From positions 448,001 through 512,000 of the forward strand of contig CAVSHF010000003.1 of NCBI GenBank assembly GCA_963727805.1: a stretch of DNA of 64,000 bases, read 5' to 3'. Source of the stretch: an uncultured Nitrospiraceae bacterium. Its GTDB lineage: Bacteria; Nitrospirota; Thermodesulfovibrionia; Thermodesulfovibrionales; Dissulfurispiraceae. Below are positions 41,451 through 51,991 of the stretch, piece by piece. A program made the translations under genes and the position numbers. Position 1 is the first letter of the stretch; each line of letters begins with the position of its first letter. The notes under the pieces are model-generated. The model ran no database searches and was not told the DNA's origin. It saw nothing but the letters and a program-made list of their open reading frames with translations.

Positions 41451-42800
41451 ATGCTACTCCCAATAGTACTTATAGCTATATTCATCATTATCAATGGATT
41501 CTTTGCGGCCTCTGAAATCGCAGTTGTCACATCGCGGCGAACTCGTATCAAGCAGTTAGTGGAACAAGAGAGAAGAAATGCGAAGATTCTACATAGCTTG
41601 AGAGAAGAGCCGGACCGTTTCTTAGCGACAATCCAGATCGGAGTTACCTTGACAGGCGCTCTGGCTTCTGCTATAGGCGGCGCGGTAGCGGTCAAAGTGC
41701 TAAAGCCGGTGATAAACGAAATACCGATTGCGATAGTCTCTGCATCGAGTGAAGCCATTTCGATAGGGATCGCCGTAGTCATAATAACCTTTTTCTCTCT
41801 TATCTTCGGAGAGCTTATTCCCAAGTCGATAGCCCTTGCCAATCCGGAAGGTATCGCTCTTCATGTGGCTCCCATTATCAGAAGGTTTTCTATTTTCGCC
41901 ACGCTGTTTGTGAATATCCTGACTGCGACAAGCAATTTTATATTGAAACCCTTCGGGAAAAGGGCATTTACGAAAAGGGCCTATGTTTCAGAAGAAGAGG
42001 TTAAGCTGCTTATCGAAGAAGGAGGCGAACAGGGTGTCTTCGAGCCCGAAGAAAAAGAACTCATACACAGCGTGTTTGAATTTACAGACACCTTTGTTAG
42101 GGAAGTAATGATCCCTGCCCCGAGAATGGTAACGATAGGAATCAGAATGTTAATCGACGAAGTGAAAAATATTATTTCCGAGGAGAAGTTTTCGCGTTAT
42201 CCTATAATCGGAAAAGACATAAATGATATCAGAGGCATTCTTTACGCGAAGGACTTTTATAATCTGCTCTCAACGTTCGGAACGGTCGATGTGCGAAAGA
42301 TAGTTAAGCCCCCACTCTTTGTTCCCGAAACGATGAAGATAAGCATCCTCCTCAGGGATATGCAGAAAAAAAGGATCCATATGGCTATAGCCATAGACGA
42401 GTATGGGGCTGTTTCGGGGCTTGTCACGCTGGAAGATCTCCTTGAGGAAATCGTCGGGGAGATCAGGGACGAATATGATATCGAAAGCCCAGTCATTCGT
42501 TTGAGTGACGGGACTTTGATTATTGACGCCTCGATCAGCCTTAGAGACCTCAACGAGGATTACGACCTCGATATCCCCGAATCTCCTGGATATGAAACAC
42601 TCGGTGGTTTTATCGTTACAGATCTTCAGAGAATACCTCAAACGGGTGACACAATCGAAACCGATGGCAAGAGATTGCGAGTTATACAGATGGTGGGGCA
42701 GCGCATCGCCAAGGTCAAACTTGAAATAATCGATGTAACGTTAAAAGCGGAGAAGGCCGAAAAGGAAGAGAACCCTGAAAAAGAAGGACTCTTGCAATAG
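41451..42800 (+). CDS. CNNM/CorC (hemolysin-family, DUF21-CBS-CorC) Mg2+/Co2+ transporter
   Basis: NGFFAASEIA, FLATIQIG, GELIPK, FSRYP, DEYGAVSGLVTLEDLLEEIVGEIRDEYD. Confidence 0.93.
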   Translation: MLLPIVLIAIFIIINGFFAASEIAVVTSRRTRIKQLVEQERRNAKILHSLREEPDRFLATIQIGVTLTGALASAIGGAVAVKVLKPVINEIPIAIVSASSEAISIGIAVVIITFFSLIFGELIPKSIALANPEGIALHVAPIIRRFSIFATLFVNILTATSNFILKPFGKRAFTKRAYVSEEEVKLLIEEGGEQGVFEPEEKELIHSVFEFTDTFVREVMIPAPRMVTIGIRMLIDEVKNIISEEKFSRYPIIGKDINDIRGILYAKDFYNLLSTFGTVDVRKIVKPPLFVPETMKISILLRDMQKKRIHMAIAIDEYGAVSGLVTLEDLLEEIVGEIRDEYDIESPVIRLSDGTLIIDASISLRDLNEDYDLDIPESPGYETLGGFIVTDLQRIPQTGDTIETDGKRLRVIQMVGQRIAKVKLEIIDVTLKAEKAEKEENPEKEGLLQ

Positions 42801-42848
42801 CGCGTCTTCAGTGCTATATTTTTATTGATAACAGAAAAGGAGGATTTG

Positions 42849-43007
42849 ATGGAAAAGTGGAAGTGTTCGGTTTGCGGATATGTTTATGATCCTGTATACG
42901 GTGATCCCGATAATGGTGTCAGTGCGGGAACGGCCTTTGAAAAAGTACCCGAAGACTGGGTATGCCCTGTCTGCGGAGCTGGGAAAGATTTATTCGAAAA
43001 AGAATAG
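42849..43007 (+). CDS. Rubredoxin
   Basis: [10 protein letters not shown]...[17 protein letters not shown]. Confidence 0.96.
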   Translation: MEKWKCSVCGYVYDPVYGDPDNGVSAGTAFEKVPEDWVCPVCGAGKDLFEKE

Positions 43008-43019
43008 GGGAATAACGTT

Positions 43020-43505
43020 ATGAATTCCGTAGAAATAGCCCTCAAAATGGAATTGGATGCAATTGAATTTTATACAAAATGCGCTGAAAAAACCAATAGC
43101 CCTATCGGCAAGAAAATGTTCCTGAGCATCGCCGATGATGAACGTCATCATGTCGCTTGTGCCAACAAGGTTGTCCGGGGCTTGGCGTTCGAACCATCTA
43201 AAACCACGCCTAAGCAAAACATTAAGACGATATTCGAGAAGAATAAGAAGGCTATTTCGCATAAAGTCACTGCGACGACAGATGACTTGGAGGCCTTGAC
43301 AATAGCCATGCAGATGGAAAAGGACGGGGTCGAATTTTACAGGAAGGCAGCCGCCGAGGCCTCGACACCTGAGGAAAAGGCCCTGTTCGAATGCCTTATC
43401 AAGGATGAGGAGGAACATTACGCTATTTTCGAGAACAGTTACTCCCTACTGTCAGATACGAGCAACTGGTTCATGTGGGATGAGCACGCCATTTATGAGG
43501 GCTGA
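43020..43505 (+). CDS. Ferritin-like/rubrerythrin-family diiron protein
   Basis: Two repeats of A..ME....FY ... DE..H. Confidence 0.88.
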   Translation: MNSVEIALKMELDAIEFYTKCAEKTNSPIGKKMFLSIADDERHHVACANKVVRGLAFEPSKTTPKQNIKTIFEKNKKAISHKVTATTDDLEALTIAMQMEKDGVEFYRKAAAEASTPEEKALFECLIKDEEEHYAIFENSYSLLSDTSNWFMWDEHAIYEG

Positions 43506-43528
43506 AATCCCTGGGTATACACAGATTA

Positions 43529-43575
43529 TCCCCACCTCATTCCTTCTCTTTTTTAGGAGAAGGATGGGTGGGGTT
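43529..43575. terminator. Hairpin between convergent genes, likely a bidirectional terminator
   Basis: CCCCACC..TCCTTCTC-loop-GAGAAGGA..GGTGGGG. Confidence 0.6.
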
Positions 43576-43584
43576 ATCTATCGA

Positions 43585-44388
43585 TTATTTTAGTCCTAAT
43601 ACGTCCTGCATATCATACAAGCCGGGCTTCTTGTTACTGACCCAGAGTGCGGCCCTGAGAGCACCCCTTGCAAAGGTGTCCCTGCTGGATGCCTTATGCG
43701 TGATCTCAATTCTCTCACCGAGACCTCCGAAGAGGACCGTGTGATCTCCCACTATATCGCCGGCCCTGATTGTCTGGATGCCAATTTCTTTTTGAGTCCT
43801 TTCGCCGATAAGACCCTTTCTTGCATAAACTGCGACATCGTTTAAATCTCTTCCCACGGCCTCGGCAATAACCTGCGCCATTTTAAGAGCAGTACCACTT
43901 GGAGCGTCTTTTTTCATCCGGTGATGCGCTTCGACAATCTCGATGTCGTAATCGTCTCCGAGGACTCTTGATACGTCCTTTAAAACTTTCAGCAGAACAT
44001 TGACTCCAACGCTCATATTTGGGGCAAAAACGACCGGAATTTCCGTAGAGTATTTTTTTATAGTCTCAATCTCTGCCGGAGTAAGGCCCGTTGTACCGAT
44101 TACCATCGCTTTCTTATTTGAGGCGGCGATCCGAATGTTATTTAAAGTCGATGCAGGTATTGTGAAATCAATGAGAACATCGCCTCTGTCAACGACCGTC
44201 TCGACATTATCGGCAAGAAACACGCTGCACTCTCCACAGCCCGTCAGGAGACCAATGTCCTTTCCGATACCCGCATGCCCTTTTCTCTCAAAAGCAGCAG
44301 CGAGTTGAAGTTGTGAATGGTCCAGCGAGAGGGCGACGATCCTGCTCCCCATCCTTCCTGTTGCCCCAGCTACGATTATCTTCGTCAT
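43585..44388 (-). CDS. dapB: 4-hydroxy-tetrahydrodipicolinate reductase
   Basis: GATGRMG, IDFT, GTTG, EAHHRMKKDAPSGTA. Confidence 0.97.
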   Translation of the reverse strand: MTKIIVAGATGRMGSRIVALSLDHSQLQLAAAFERKGHAGIGKDIGLLTGCGECSVFLADNVETVVDRGDVLIDFTIPASTLNNIRIAASNKKAMVIGTTGLTPAEIETIKKYSTEIPVVFAPNMSVGVNVLLKVLKDVSRVLGDDYDIEIVEAHHRMKKDAPSGTALKMAQVIAEAVGRDLNDVAVYARKGLIGERTQKEIGIQTIRAGDIVGDHTVLFGGLGERIEITHKASSRDTFARGALRAALWVSNKKPGLYDMQDVLGLK

Positions 44389-44397
44389 ACATCCTCC

Positions 44398-44580
44398 TCA
44401 GGTATTATTAATTTCCTCTTCAGGTGCTGTATCTATTTCGGCCTCATCTCCCGGTATTCTATAATCTTCCAGTGCCCATTTGCCGAGGTCTATCAGCTTG
44501 CACCTTTCGGAGCAGAAAGGCCTCCAAGGGTTTTCCTTCCAAGTGGTCTTATTTTTACAAACGGGACAAGATATGATCAT
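44398..44580 (-). CDS. yacG: DNA gyrase inhibitor YacG
   Basis: [30 protein letters not shown]. Confidence 0.92.
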   Translation of the reverse strand: MIISCPVCKNKTTWKENPWRPFCSERCKLIDLGKWALEDYRIPGDEAEIDTAPEEEINNT

Positions 44581-44699
44581 TGCTATCTCCTCATTTCTTG
44601 ACGGAATTGATCCGGTCAATCGGTCCATCCGACATAACTATGCTGCCGGGATCCTATATCGTGTGTCAATAATGATTGATAGTGTTGATCTCATGCACG

Positions 44700-47246
44700 T
44701 CATAGCTTTGACCTGAGAAACCTTCCTGTAAATGAGTCGTTATTTTTTGCAACTTCTTCCGGTGTTCCAGTGGCAACGATCCGTCCCCCTTCATCTCCGC
44801 CTTCGGGGCCGAGATCTATGAGATAATCCGCAGACTTGATAATATCGAGGTCGTGTTCGATAACAATAACGGTATTGCCCATATCAACTAGCCTGTTAAT
44901 GACCCCCAAGAGCTTCTGGATATCCACGAAGTGCAGGCCGGTTGTAGGCTCATCGAGAATATAAAGTGTCTTTCCCGTAGCCCGCTTACCGAGTTCTCTG
45001 GAAATCTTGAGCCGCTGGGCCTCACCGCCAGAAAGGGTCGTTGCAGGTTGCCCAAGCTTCAGATATCCCAGACCTACCTCATCGAGAACGGCAAGCCTCT
45101 GTTTAAGAGGTGGGATGACCGAGAAAAAATCGAGTGCTTCTGATACCGTCATCTCCAGAACATCAGCAACATTCTTATTCTTGTAAGTGACACCCATAGT
45201 TTCGCGGTTGTATCTCCTCCCCTTACAGACGTCACAAGTGACATAGACATTAGGGAGAAAATGCATCTCGATCTTTTTCTGTCCGTCTCCCTGGCACGCC
45301 TCGCACCTGCCGCCGGAGACATTGAAACTGAAACGGGAAGGGGAGTAGCCCCTGGCTCTTGATTCTGGAATCTGGGCGAAGAGATTTCTGATATGCGTGA
45401 AAATGCCAGTATATGTGGCCGGGTTGGAACGCGGTGTTCTTCCTAGAGGCGACTGATCGATTGAAATCGCCTTGTCCAGCTTCTCGATTCCCTCGATTCT
45501 CCTGAATTTTCCGGCGATCAGACTCCCCTTGTAAAGCAGGTTAACCAGAGTTTTATGAAGAATCTCGAGGATCAGAGTGCTCTTGCCGGATCCGGAAACG
45601 CCAGTGATACACAAAAAAATCCCCAGGGGAATAATGACGTCTATATTCTTCAGGTTGAATTCCGAAGCCCCGATAATCTTGAGAAATTCTTTGGATTTTC
45701 TTCTCTTGTGAGGCAGTGGTATCTTCAGTTCGCCGCTCAAGTATTTACCGGTAATTGACGAGTCGATGTGTGTAATGGCGGCTGCGGTCCCCGTTGCGAT
45801 TACCCATCCGCCATTGCTGCCTGCCCCCGGCCCCATATCTATGATATGATCGGACCACCGGATAGTATCCTCGTCATGCTCCACGATGACTACTGTGTTC
45901 CCTGCATCCCTGATTTCCGAAAGGCTTTCGAGAAGCTTTGTGCAGTCCTTAGGGTGGAGGCCGATACTCGGCTCATCTAGAACATAGAGGACGCCGGTGA
46001 GTGATGAGCCTAACTGAGTTGCGAGTCTGATGCGTTGAGCTTCACCCCCGGAAAGGGTGAGCGAGGGTCGGTCAAGAGCGATATATCCAAGTCCGACGCG
46101 GTTCAGGAAAGAAAGTCGCTCCTTAACCTCTTTCAAAATCCTTTTAGCGATGGATATTTCCCGCTCAGAAAGGCTTAATGAGAGATTTTCTATATAGACA
46201 AAAGCATCCTTGACGGACATCATCGAAAACTCTCCGATGTCGATACCGTGCATCTTCACATTAAGAGCCTCTTTTCTCAACCTCTTTCCGGCGCAGGTTT
46301 TGCAAGGAGTCATATGAGTAAGCTCAATTACATCTGGGCCTTCAAGGGAGAAGTCCTGATCGAGAGATTCACGCTTCTCCATTGAAACAAGACTTTCAAA
46401 GCCAAGGCCGCTGCATTTTTGGCAGGCGCCATATTTGCTGTTGAAGGAAAAGAGCCGTGGTTCGATCTCAGGATAGCTGATTCCACATTTTAAACAGGCA
46501 AGCGTTCTGCTGAACAGAACATCTTTGTTCTCATCAATAATATTGATGATGACCGTATCGGCATACTTCAGGGAAGTGTCTATGGCATGCCTTAGTTGCT
46601 TCTCTATGGAATGCTTAATAATGAAGCGGTCTATCACAATCTCTATGGTATGTCTGAGGGTCTTTCTCAGGGAGACGTCTCTCGTCAAATCCACCATCTT
46701 TCCATCAATCCGGGCTCTGACAAAGCCTTCCATCCTCATCTGCTGAAGTTCCTTCTTATACTCCCCTTTCCGCTCCCGCACGATGGGTGCGAATATCTGG
46801 ATCTTTGTCCCGAGAGGGAGAGTAAGGATGGATCTCAGGATGTTATGGATATCCTGTGTGGTGATAAGTGAACCGCAATTGTAGCAGTAAGGAGTCCCTA
46901 TCCTCGTGAAAAGGACGCGCATATAATCGTAAATCTCGGTAATCGTTCCCACCGTCGAGCGGGGGCTCTTGCTGACAGTTTTTTGGTTGATGGCGATGGA
47001 TGGAGAAAGGCCTTCTATGTAATCGACCTCAGGTTTCTGCATCTGCTCCAGAAACTGCCGTGCATAGGCGGACAGGCTTTCAACATATCTTCTCTGCCCT
47101 TCCGCATATATCGTATCAATCGCAAGGGAGGACTTTCCAGAGCCTGATGGGCCCGTAATAACGGTGATCTTATCCCTCGGGATTGTTACATTGATATTCT
47201 TGAGGTTGTGTTCCCGCGCACCCTTTATGATAATGGAATCCTGCAT
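44700..47246 (-). CDS. uvrA: Excinuclease ABC subunit A (short form, 848 aa)
   Basis: [26 protein letters not shown], two LSGGEAQR motifs, [11 protein letters not shown]. Confidence 0.95.
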   Translation of the reverse strand: MQDSIIIKGAREHNLKNINVTIPRDKITVITGPSGSGKSSLAIDTIYAEGQRRYVESLSAYARQFLEQMQKPEVDYIEGLSPSIAINQKTVSKSPRSTVGTITEIYDYMRVLFTRIGTPYCYNCGSLITTQDIHNILRSILTLPLGTKIQIFAPIVRERKGEYKKELQQMRMEGFVRARIDGKMVDLTRDVSLRKTLRHTIEIVIDRFIIKHSIEKQLRHAIDTSLKYADTVIINIIDENKDVLFSRTLACLKCGISYPEIEPRLFSFNSKYGACQKCSGLGFESLVSMEKRESLDQDFSLEGPDVIELTHMTPCKTCAGKRLRKEALNVKMHGIDIGEFSMMSVKDAFVYIENLSLSLSEREISIAKRILKEVKERLSFLNRVGLGYIALDRPSLTLSGGEAQRIRLATQLGSSLTGVLYVLDEPSIGLHPKDCTKLLESLSEIRDAGNTVVIVEHDEDTIRWSDHIIDMGPGAGSNGGWVIATGTAAAITHIDSSITGKYLSGELKIPLPHKRRKSKEFLKIIGASEFNLKNIDVIIPLGIFLCITGVSGSGKSTLILEILHKTLVNLLYKGSLIAGKFRRIEGIEKLDKAISIDQSPLGRTPRSNPATYTGIFTHIRNLFAQIPESRARGYSPSRFSFNVSGGRCEACQGDGQKKIEMHFLPNVYVTCDVCKGRRYNRETMGVTYKNKNVADVLEMTVSEALDFFSVIPPLKQRLAVLDEVGLGYLKLGQPATTLSGGEAQRLKISRELGKRATGKTLYILDEPTTGLHFVDIQKLLGVINRLVDMGNTVIVIEHDLDIIKSADYLIDLGPEGGDEGGRIVATGTPEEVAKNNDSFTGRFLRSKL

Positions 47247-47327
47247 GATCGCCGCCTGGTAATAAATATATCCCTGTACTATAACTCAAACAATCGAAGT
47301 TCGTCAGCAGCGCTAGCAATCCTCCAG

Positions 47328-47360
47328 AAAAAAGGCCTCCGGAGAGTCTCCGGAGGCCTT
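47328..47360 (-). terminator. Intrinsic terminator of fhs
   Basis: AAGGCCTCCGGAG-act-CTCCGGAGGCCTT plus T-tract on the minus strand. Confidence 0.85.
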
Positions 47361-47382
47361 CGGAAGTGTTGTGAAGCTATGT

Positions 47383-49146
47383 TTAAAAGAGTCCCGAGAC
47401 TTTGCCTGTCGCGGTATCCACATCGATCCTTCTGAAAGCCGGGTTGGAACTCGTTCCAGGCATGAGGCTAATGGTACCTGCGCAAGGACAAAGGAATTTG
47501 GCCCCTGAGTATATCAACACATCTCTGATAGGCAGCGTCCAGCCCTTTGGCACGCCCTTGACAACAGGGTCGTGGGTAAGGCTTAGATGGGTTTTGACCA
47601 TCATTGTGGCAAAGTCAGCATACTTGGGATCTTCTTCCAGCATCTTGGCTTTGGCTTCAGCTTCGGGTAACCAGGAGACGCCGTCGGCTCCGTACACTTC
47701 CTTCGCTATGAGAGCAACGCGGTCGCGCAGCTTCATCTCGAGCGGGTAGAGGAATTTGAAGTCGTTTTTCTCATTACAGGCGTCGATGACCGCATCAGCG
47801 AGTTCCAGTGCTCCCTCGCCACCTTTAAGCCAATGCTGGGATTCAGCGCAACGGGCACCGGCTGCTGCTGCTGCCTTCTTGACGGCGGCCACTTCGGCAT
47901 CTGTATCGGTATAAAAACGGTTGACGCAAACGACTGGGTTTATGCCGGACTTGCGAATGACACCGATCATATGGACCATATTGACGCAACCTTTTTCGAC
48001 CAGACCCACATTCTCCTTAGTGTACTCTTCGGGTAGGGCCTTGCCGGCTACGACCTTGGGACCACCGCCGTGCATTTTCAGGGCGCGAACAGTAGTGGTG
48101 AGGACCGATACGTGGGGTTTTAGACCACTAAAGCGACATTTCACGTTCCAGAATTTTTCAAAGCCGATGTCGGCCGCAAAGCCAGACTCGGTTACATGGT
48201 AGTCGAACAGCTTCAGGCCGACTCTGTCAGCGATGATAGATGACTGGCCTACGGCGATGTTAGCAAAAGGTCCGGCATGAACGAAGCAGGGATTGTATTC
48301 AGCCGTACACATAAGGGTGGGGTTGATCGTGTTGCGCATGAACGCAGCCATGGCATTGCCGACTTCCAAATCTCCCGTCGTAACAGGTTTGCCGGTTTTG
48401 TCGAAGGCAACGGTAATGTTGTTCAGGCGCTGTTTCAGGTCAGCAAGGTCTTTGGCAACGGAGAGGATAGCCATACACTCCGACCCAACGGCTATACCGA
48501 ACTTCGACTGCATCATGAAGCCGTCCGTGCGTCCGCCGATACCAATGATGATGTTTCTCAAGGCTTGCGCACAGAAGTCCATTATCCACCCCATCTCCAC
48601 ACGAGTAGGGTCCACATCGAGTCGCCTCATCTTGGTAAGACGCTTGAGCTGCTCATCGTTGTAGTTACGTTCATGTTGCATCCGCGACGTAAGGGCCACC
48701 ATGGCCAAGTTGTGGGCATTCATAATATCATTGATATCGCCGGTAAGCCCAAGTGAGAACTCAGTCATGGGAATCAGCAGGGAGTTACCGCCGCCCGCCG
48801 CAGTGCCCTTGACGTTCATCGTCGGACCGCCAGAAGGCTGGCGCAGTGCTCCGCCTACGTTAACACCCCGCTTACCTAAGCCTTCCATCAAACCGCAGGA
48901 TGTTGTGCTTTTACCTTCGCCCAGAGGGGTGGGGGTAATTGCTGTGACTTCGATGTATTTTCCGTCGGCCTTGTCCTTAAGACGGTTGATGACCTTCAGA
49001 AAGTCTATCTTTGACAACCTTCCCATAGGTAGCATTTCGTCTTTCTTCAGTCCAAGACGTTCACCCCACTGCTCAGGGGTGGGCATCTTCTTTTCCGCTT
49101 CCTCGGAAATCTGCCAGTCAGCTAACTTCGTTGCATCAAATGGCAT
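47383..49146 (-). CDS. fhs: Formate-tetrahydrofolate ligase
   Basis: [55 protein letters not shown]. Confidence 0.96.
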   Translation of the reverse strand: MPFDATKLADWQISEEAEKKMPTPEQWGERLGLKKDEMLPMGRLSKIDFLKVINRLKDKADGKYIEVTAITPTPLGEGKSTTSCGLMEGLGKRGVNVGGALRQPSGGPTMNVKGTAAGGGNSLLIPMTEFSLGLTGDINDIMNAHNLAMVALTSRMQHERNYNDEQLKRLTKMRRLDVDPTRVEMGWIMDFCAQALRNIIIGIGGRTDGFMMQSKFGIAVGSECMAILSVAKDLADLKQRLNNITVAFDKTGKPVTTGDLEVGNAMAAFMRNTINPTLMCTAEYNPCFVHAGPFANIAVGQSSIIADRVGLKLFDYHVTESGFAADIGFEKFWNVKCRFSGLKPHVSVLTTTVRALKMHGGGPKVVAGKALPEEYTKENVGLVEKGCVNMVHMIGVIRKSGINPVVCVNRFYTDTDAEVAAVKKAAAAAGARCAESQHWLKGGEGALELADAVIDACNEKNDFKFLYPLEMKLRDRVALIAKEVYGADGVSWLPEAEAKAKMLEEDPKYADFATMMVKTHLSLTHDPVVKGVPKGWTLPIRDVLIYSGAKFLCPCAGTISLMPGTSSNPAFRRIDVDTATGKVSGLF

Positions 49147-49276
49147 ATAAAACCTCCTGCAGAGCTAATTTTAGTGCAAATAAAAATATAGCTCCTAAAT
49201 CAAAGATCAAGGAGCTTAATTAACAAGTCTGGTAAGGCAAAACAATCCGACATTCATAGTGCCGGAGCCATTCCTG

Positions 49277-51988
49277 TTACTTTACTGAAGCGCTTGATAA
49301 ACAAACGCTTTCTTCGTGTTTGTGCAATTTTTCTATTCTCACGGCACATACCTTAAATTCGGGTATCTTGACAATAGGATCGAGGGCATCGTTCGTCAGC
49401 ACATTTGCCGCAGCTTCGTGATAGTGCATAGGAATAAAGATGAGACCTTCAGTTACGCGACGAGTGACCCGGGCTTTAATATCAATACTTCCACGTCTCG
49501 ATGTTACCTTAATTGTATCGCCATCTTTGATACACAATTTTTCTGAATCGCTAGGATTGATCTCGACGTAGGGTTCTCCTGCATGCTTTTCGATGGATTT
49601 CACCTTCCTCGTCATCGACCCGGTGTGATACTGGTAGAGATTTCTTCCAGTTGTCAAGACATACGGATACTCCTGATCTGTCAACTCTGCGGGGGACTTA
49701 AAGATGAGGGGAGTGAAGGGCGCTTTACCCCTGGGGAATCCTGCTTTATAGAGATAAGGAGTCCCTGGATGGTCAATGGTAGGGCAAGGCCACTGAATGC
49801 CTGCTTTATCAATACGACTATAGGTTATCCCTGCAATATTCGGCCAGACTTGTCCAAATTCTATCAGCACATCTTCGGGAGAATCATATTTCATAGTGTA
49901 GCCGAGCCTATTGGAAATTTCCATAATAATCGAGAGATCTCCGCGGGCTTCACCAGGGGGGGCGACAGCCTTTCTGACACGCTGAACTTTTCTTTCGGTG
50001 TTCGAAAACGTGCCATCTTTTTCCGCAAAGCATGTTGAAGGCAGAACTACATCAGCCAACTGAGCGGTTTCAGTCATAAATATATCCTGAACGACGAGGA
50101 ATTCTAGGTTCTTCAGCGCCTTTAGGGTATGATTCATGTTCGGGTCACTGATTACCGGATTCTCACCCATGATATACATCGCTTTTAACTTTCCCTCATG
50201 CGCGGCCGGGATCATCTCGGTTGATGTCATCCCTTTAGCCGCCGACAGGGTAACGCCCCAAGCCTTCTCAAATTTCTCTCGCACTTCGGGAAGGTCAATT
50301 CTCTGATATCCAGGAAAGACATTCGGCAGACATGCAGCATCCGAAGCACCCTGGACGTTGTTCTGGCCTCTTAGTGGGTTGATGCCCGTCGATTCCTTAC
50401 CGATATTGCCAGTGAGAAGGGCAAGATTCGCCGTAGCGCTCACATTGTCGAAACCGGTTGTATGCTGCGTGATCCCCATAGTGTAAAAAATCCCGGCCTT
50501 GCGAGATCCGCCGTATATTTTTGCTGCCTTGATGATATTGGTTTTCGGAACACCCGTAATGCTCTCTACGTATTCTGGTGTAAATTCCTCAATGGATTTC
50601 TTATATTCGTCAAATCCTTCAGAATGTTCATTAATGAATTCCTTGTCGTAGAGACCTTCTTTCACGATTATATGGGCGATGCCATTCAGAAGCGCCACAT
50701 CCGTGCCAGGTCTTAGATTCAGGAAAACTTCTGCAAATCTCACCATCGGGACCTTTCTGGGATCAGCAATGATTATCTTTGCTCCCTTACGGTATGCTTT
50801 GATCATCCAATTGGCGATTACCGGATGGGTTTCCTTGGTGTTTGAGCCGATAATAAAGATCACCTCGGCATTTTCGATCTCGGCGATTGAATTGGTCATT
50901 GCTCCCGACCCAAATATGGCGGCCAGACTGGCCACCGTTGGGCTGTGTCAGAGACGGGCGCAATGGTCCACATTATTGGTACCAATTGCGCTTCGGATCA
51001 GTTTCTGAAAGAGATAATTCTCTTCATTTGTGCAACGTGCTGATGAGAGGCCTCCAATTGAGTCGGGCCCGAATTCTTTTTTAATTTCATTTAGACGTGA
51101 TGCCACATAATCGAGTGCATAATCCCAGGACACCTCTTCAAATGTTCCATTTTTCTTGACGAGAGGTTTGGTCAGTCGTTCTGGGCTGTTCACAAATCCA
51201 TACCCGAAACGTCCTTTGACACAAAGCCATCCCTCATTCCATGTATCGGGCCTTGAGGTGACGCGTATTATTTTATCATTTCTGACATTCAGAGTGATAT
51301 TACAGCCCACTCCACAGAACGTGCAGACCGTATCGACTTCCTTTACATCCTTTTGCCGCCCTTGCAGTGACCACATCTTCCCGGTCAAAGCTCCAGTAGG
51401 ACAGACCGAGACACACTGGCCACAGAATTCGCAATTGAGGTCCTCTTCATAGGGTGGGCAGATCTTTGATTTGAAGCCCCGGTACGTGAAATCAATAGCG
51501 CCTACACCTTGTATTTCGTCACACGCTTTGACGCATCTGCCACAGAGAATGCATTTCTCCATATCCCTTTCGAGGAAGGGATTGCCATCGCGCTGCGCAT
51601 AGACTCTCCGCTCACCTTCAACAGCAGAACCCTTGGCTCCATAAAAATAGGCGAGTTCCTGGAGTGCACAGTCGCCTGCTTTTTCACAGAGCATACAGTC
51701 ATTCGGGTGGTCGGAAAGGATCAGTTCCAAAACAGACTTCCTGAGCTGTTCAATCTGTGGGGTCAAGGTCGTCACTTCCATTCCGTCCGTCACCGGCGTT
51801 GTGCATGATGTGACCGCGCGGGGAATGCCTTTGATCTCGACGACACAAAGCCTGCATCCGCCAAAGGGGGTGAGTTTCGGATGATGACATAAAGTAGGAA
51901 TTGATATATCGAGAATTCTTGCAGCTTCGAGTACGGTAGCCCCCTGAGGGACCTGCGTAGTCTTGCCATCTATCGTTATTTTCAGCAT
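49277..51988 (-). CDS. fdhA: Selenocysteine-containing Mo/W formate dehydrogenase alpha subunit with NuoG-like N-terminal Fe-S module (903 aa)
   Basis: The two track ORFs (50948-51988 and 49277-50935) are in frame across TGA 50948-50950: NNVDHCARL-U-HSPTVASL..FGSGAMTN. Also PLRGQNNVQG and PEFKVCAV. Confidence 0.95.
50918..50936 (-). promoter_or_regulatory. Bacterial SECIS hairpin of fdhA
   Basis: GGTGGCCA-GTC-TGGCCGCC starts 12 nt after the UGA and resembles the fdhF-type SECIS. Confidence 0.8.
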
Positions 51989-51991
51989 GAG

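Noticed and set aside
50936..50950. fdhA as two genes or a pseudogene
   Set aside because: The halves are in frame, the UGA is at the active-site Cys/Sec position, a SECIS follows, and selD is present.
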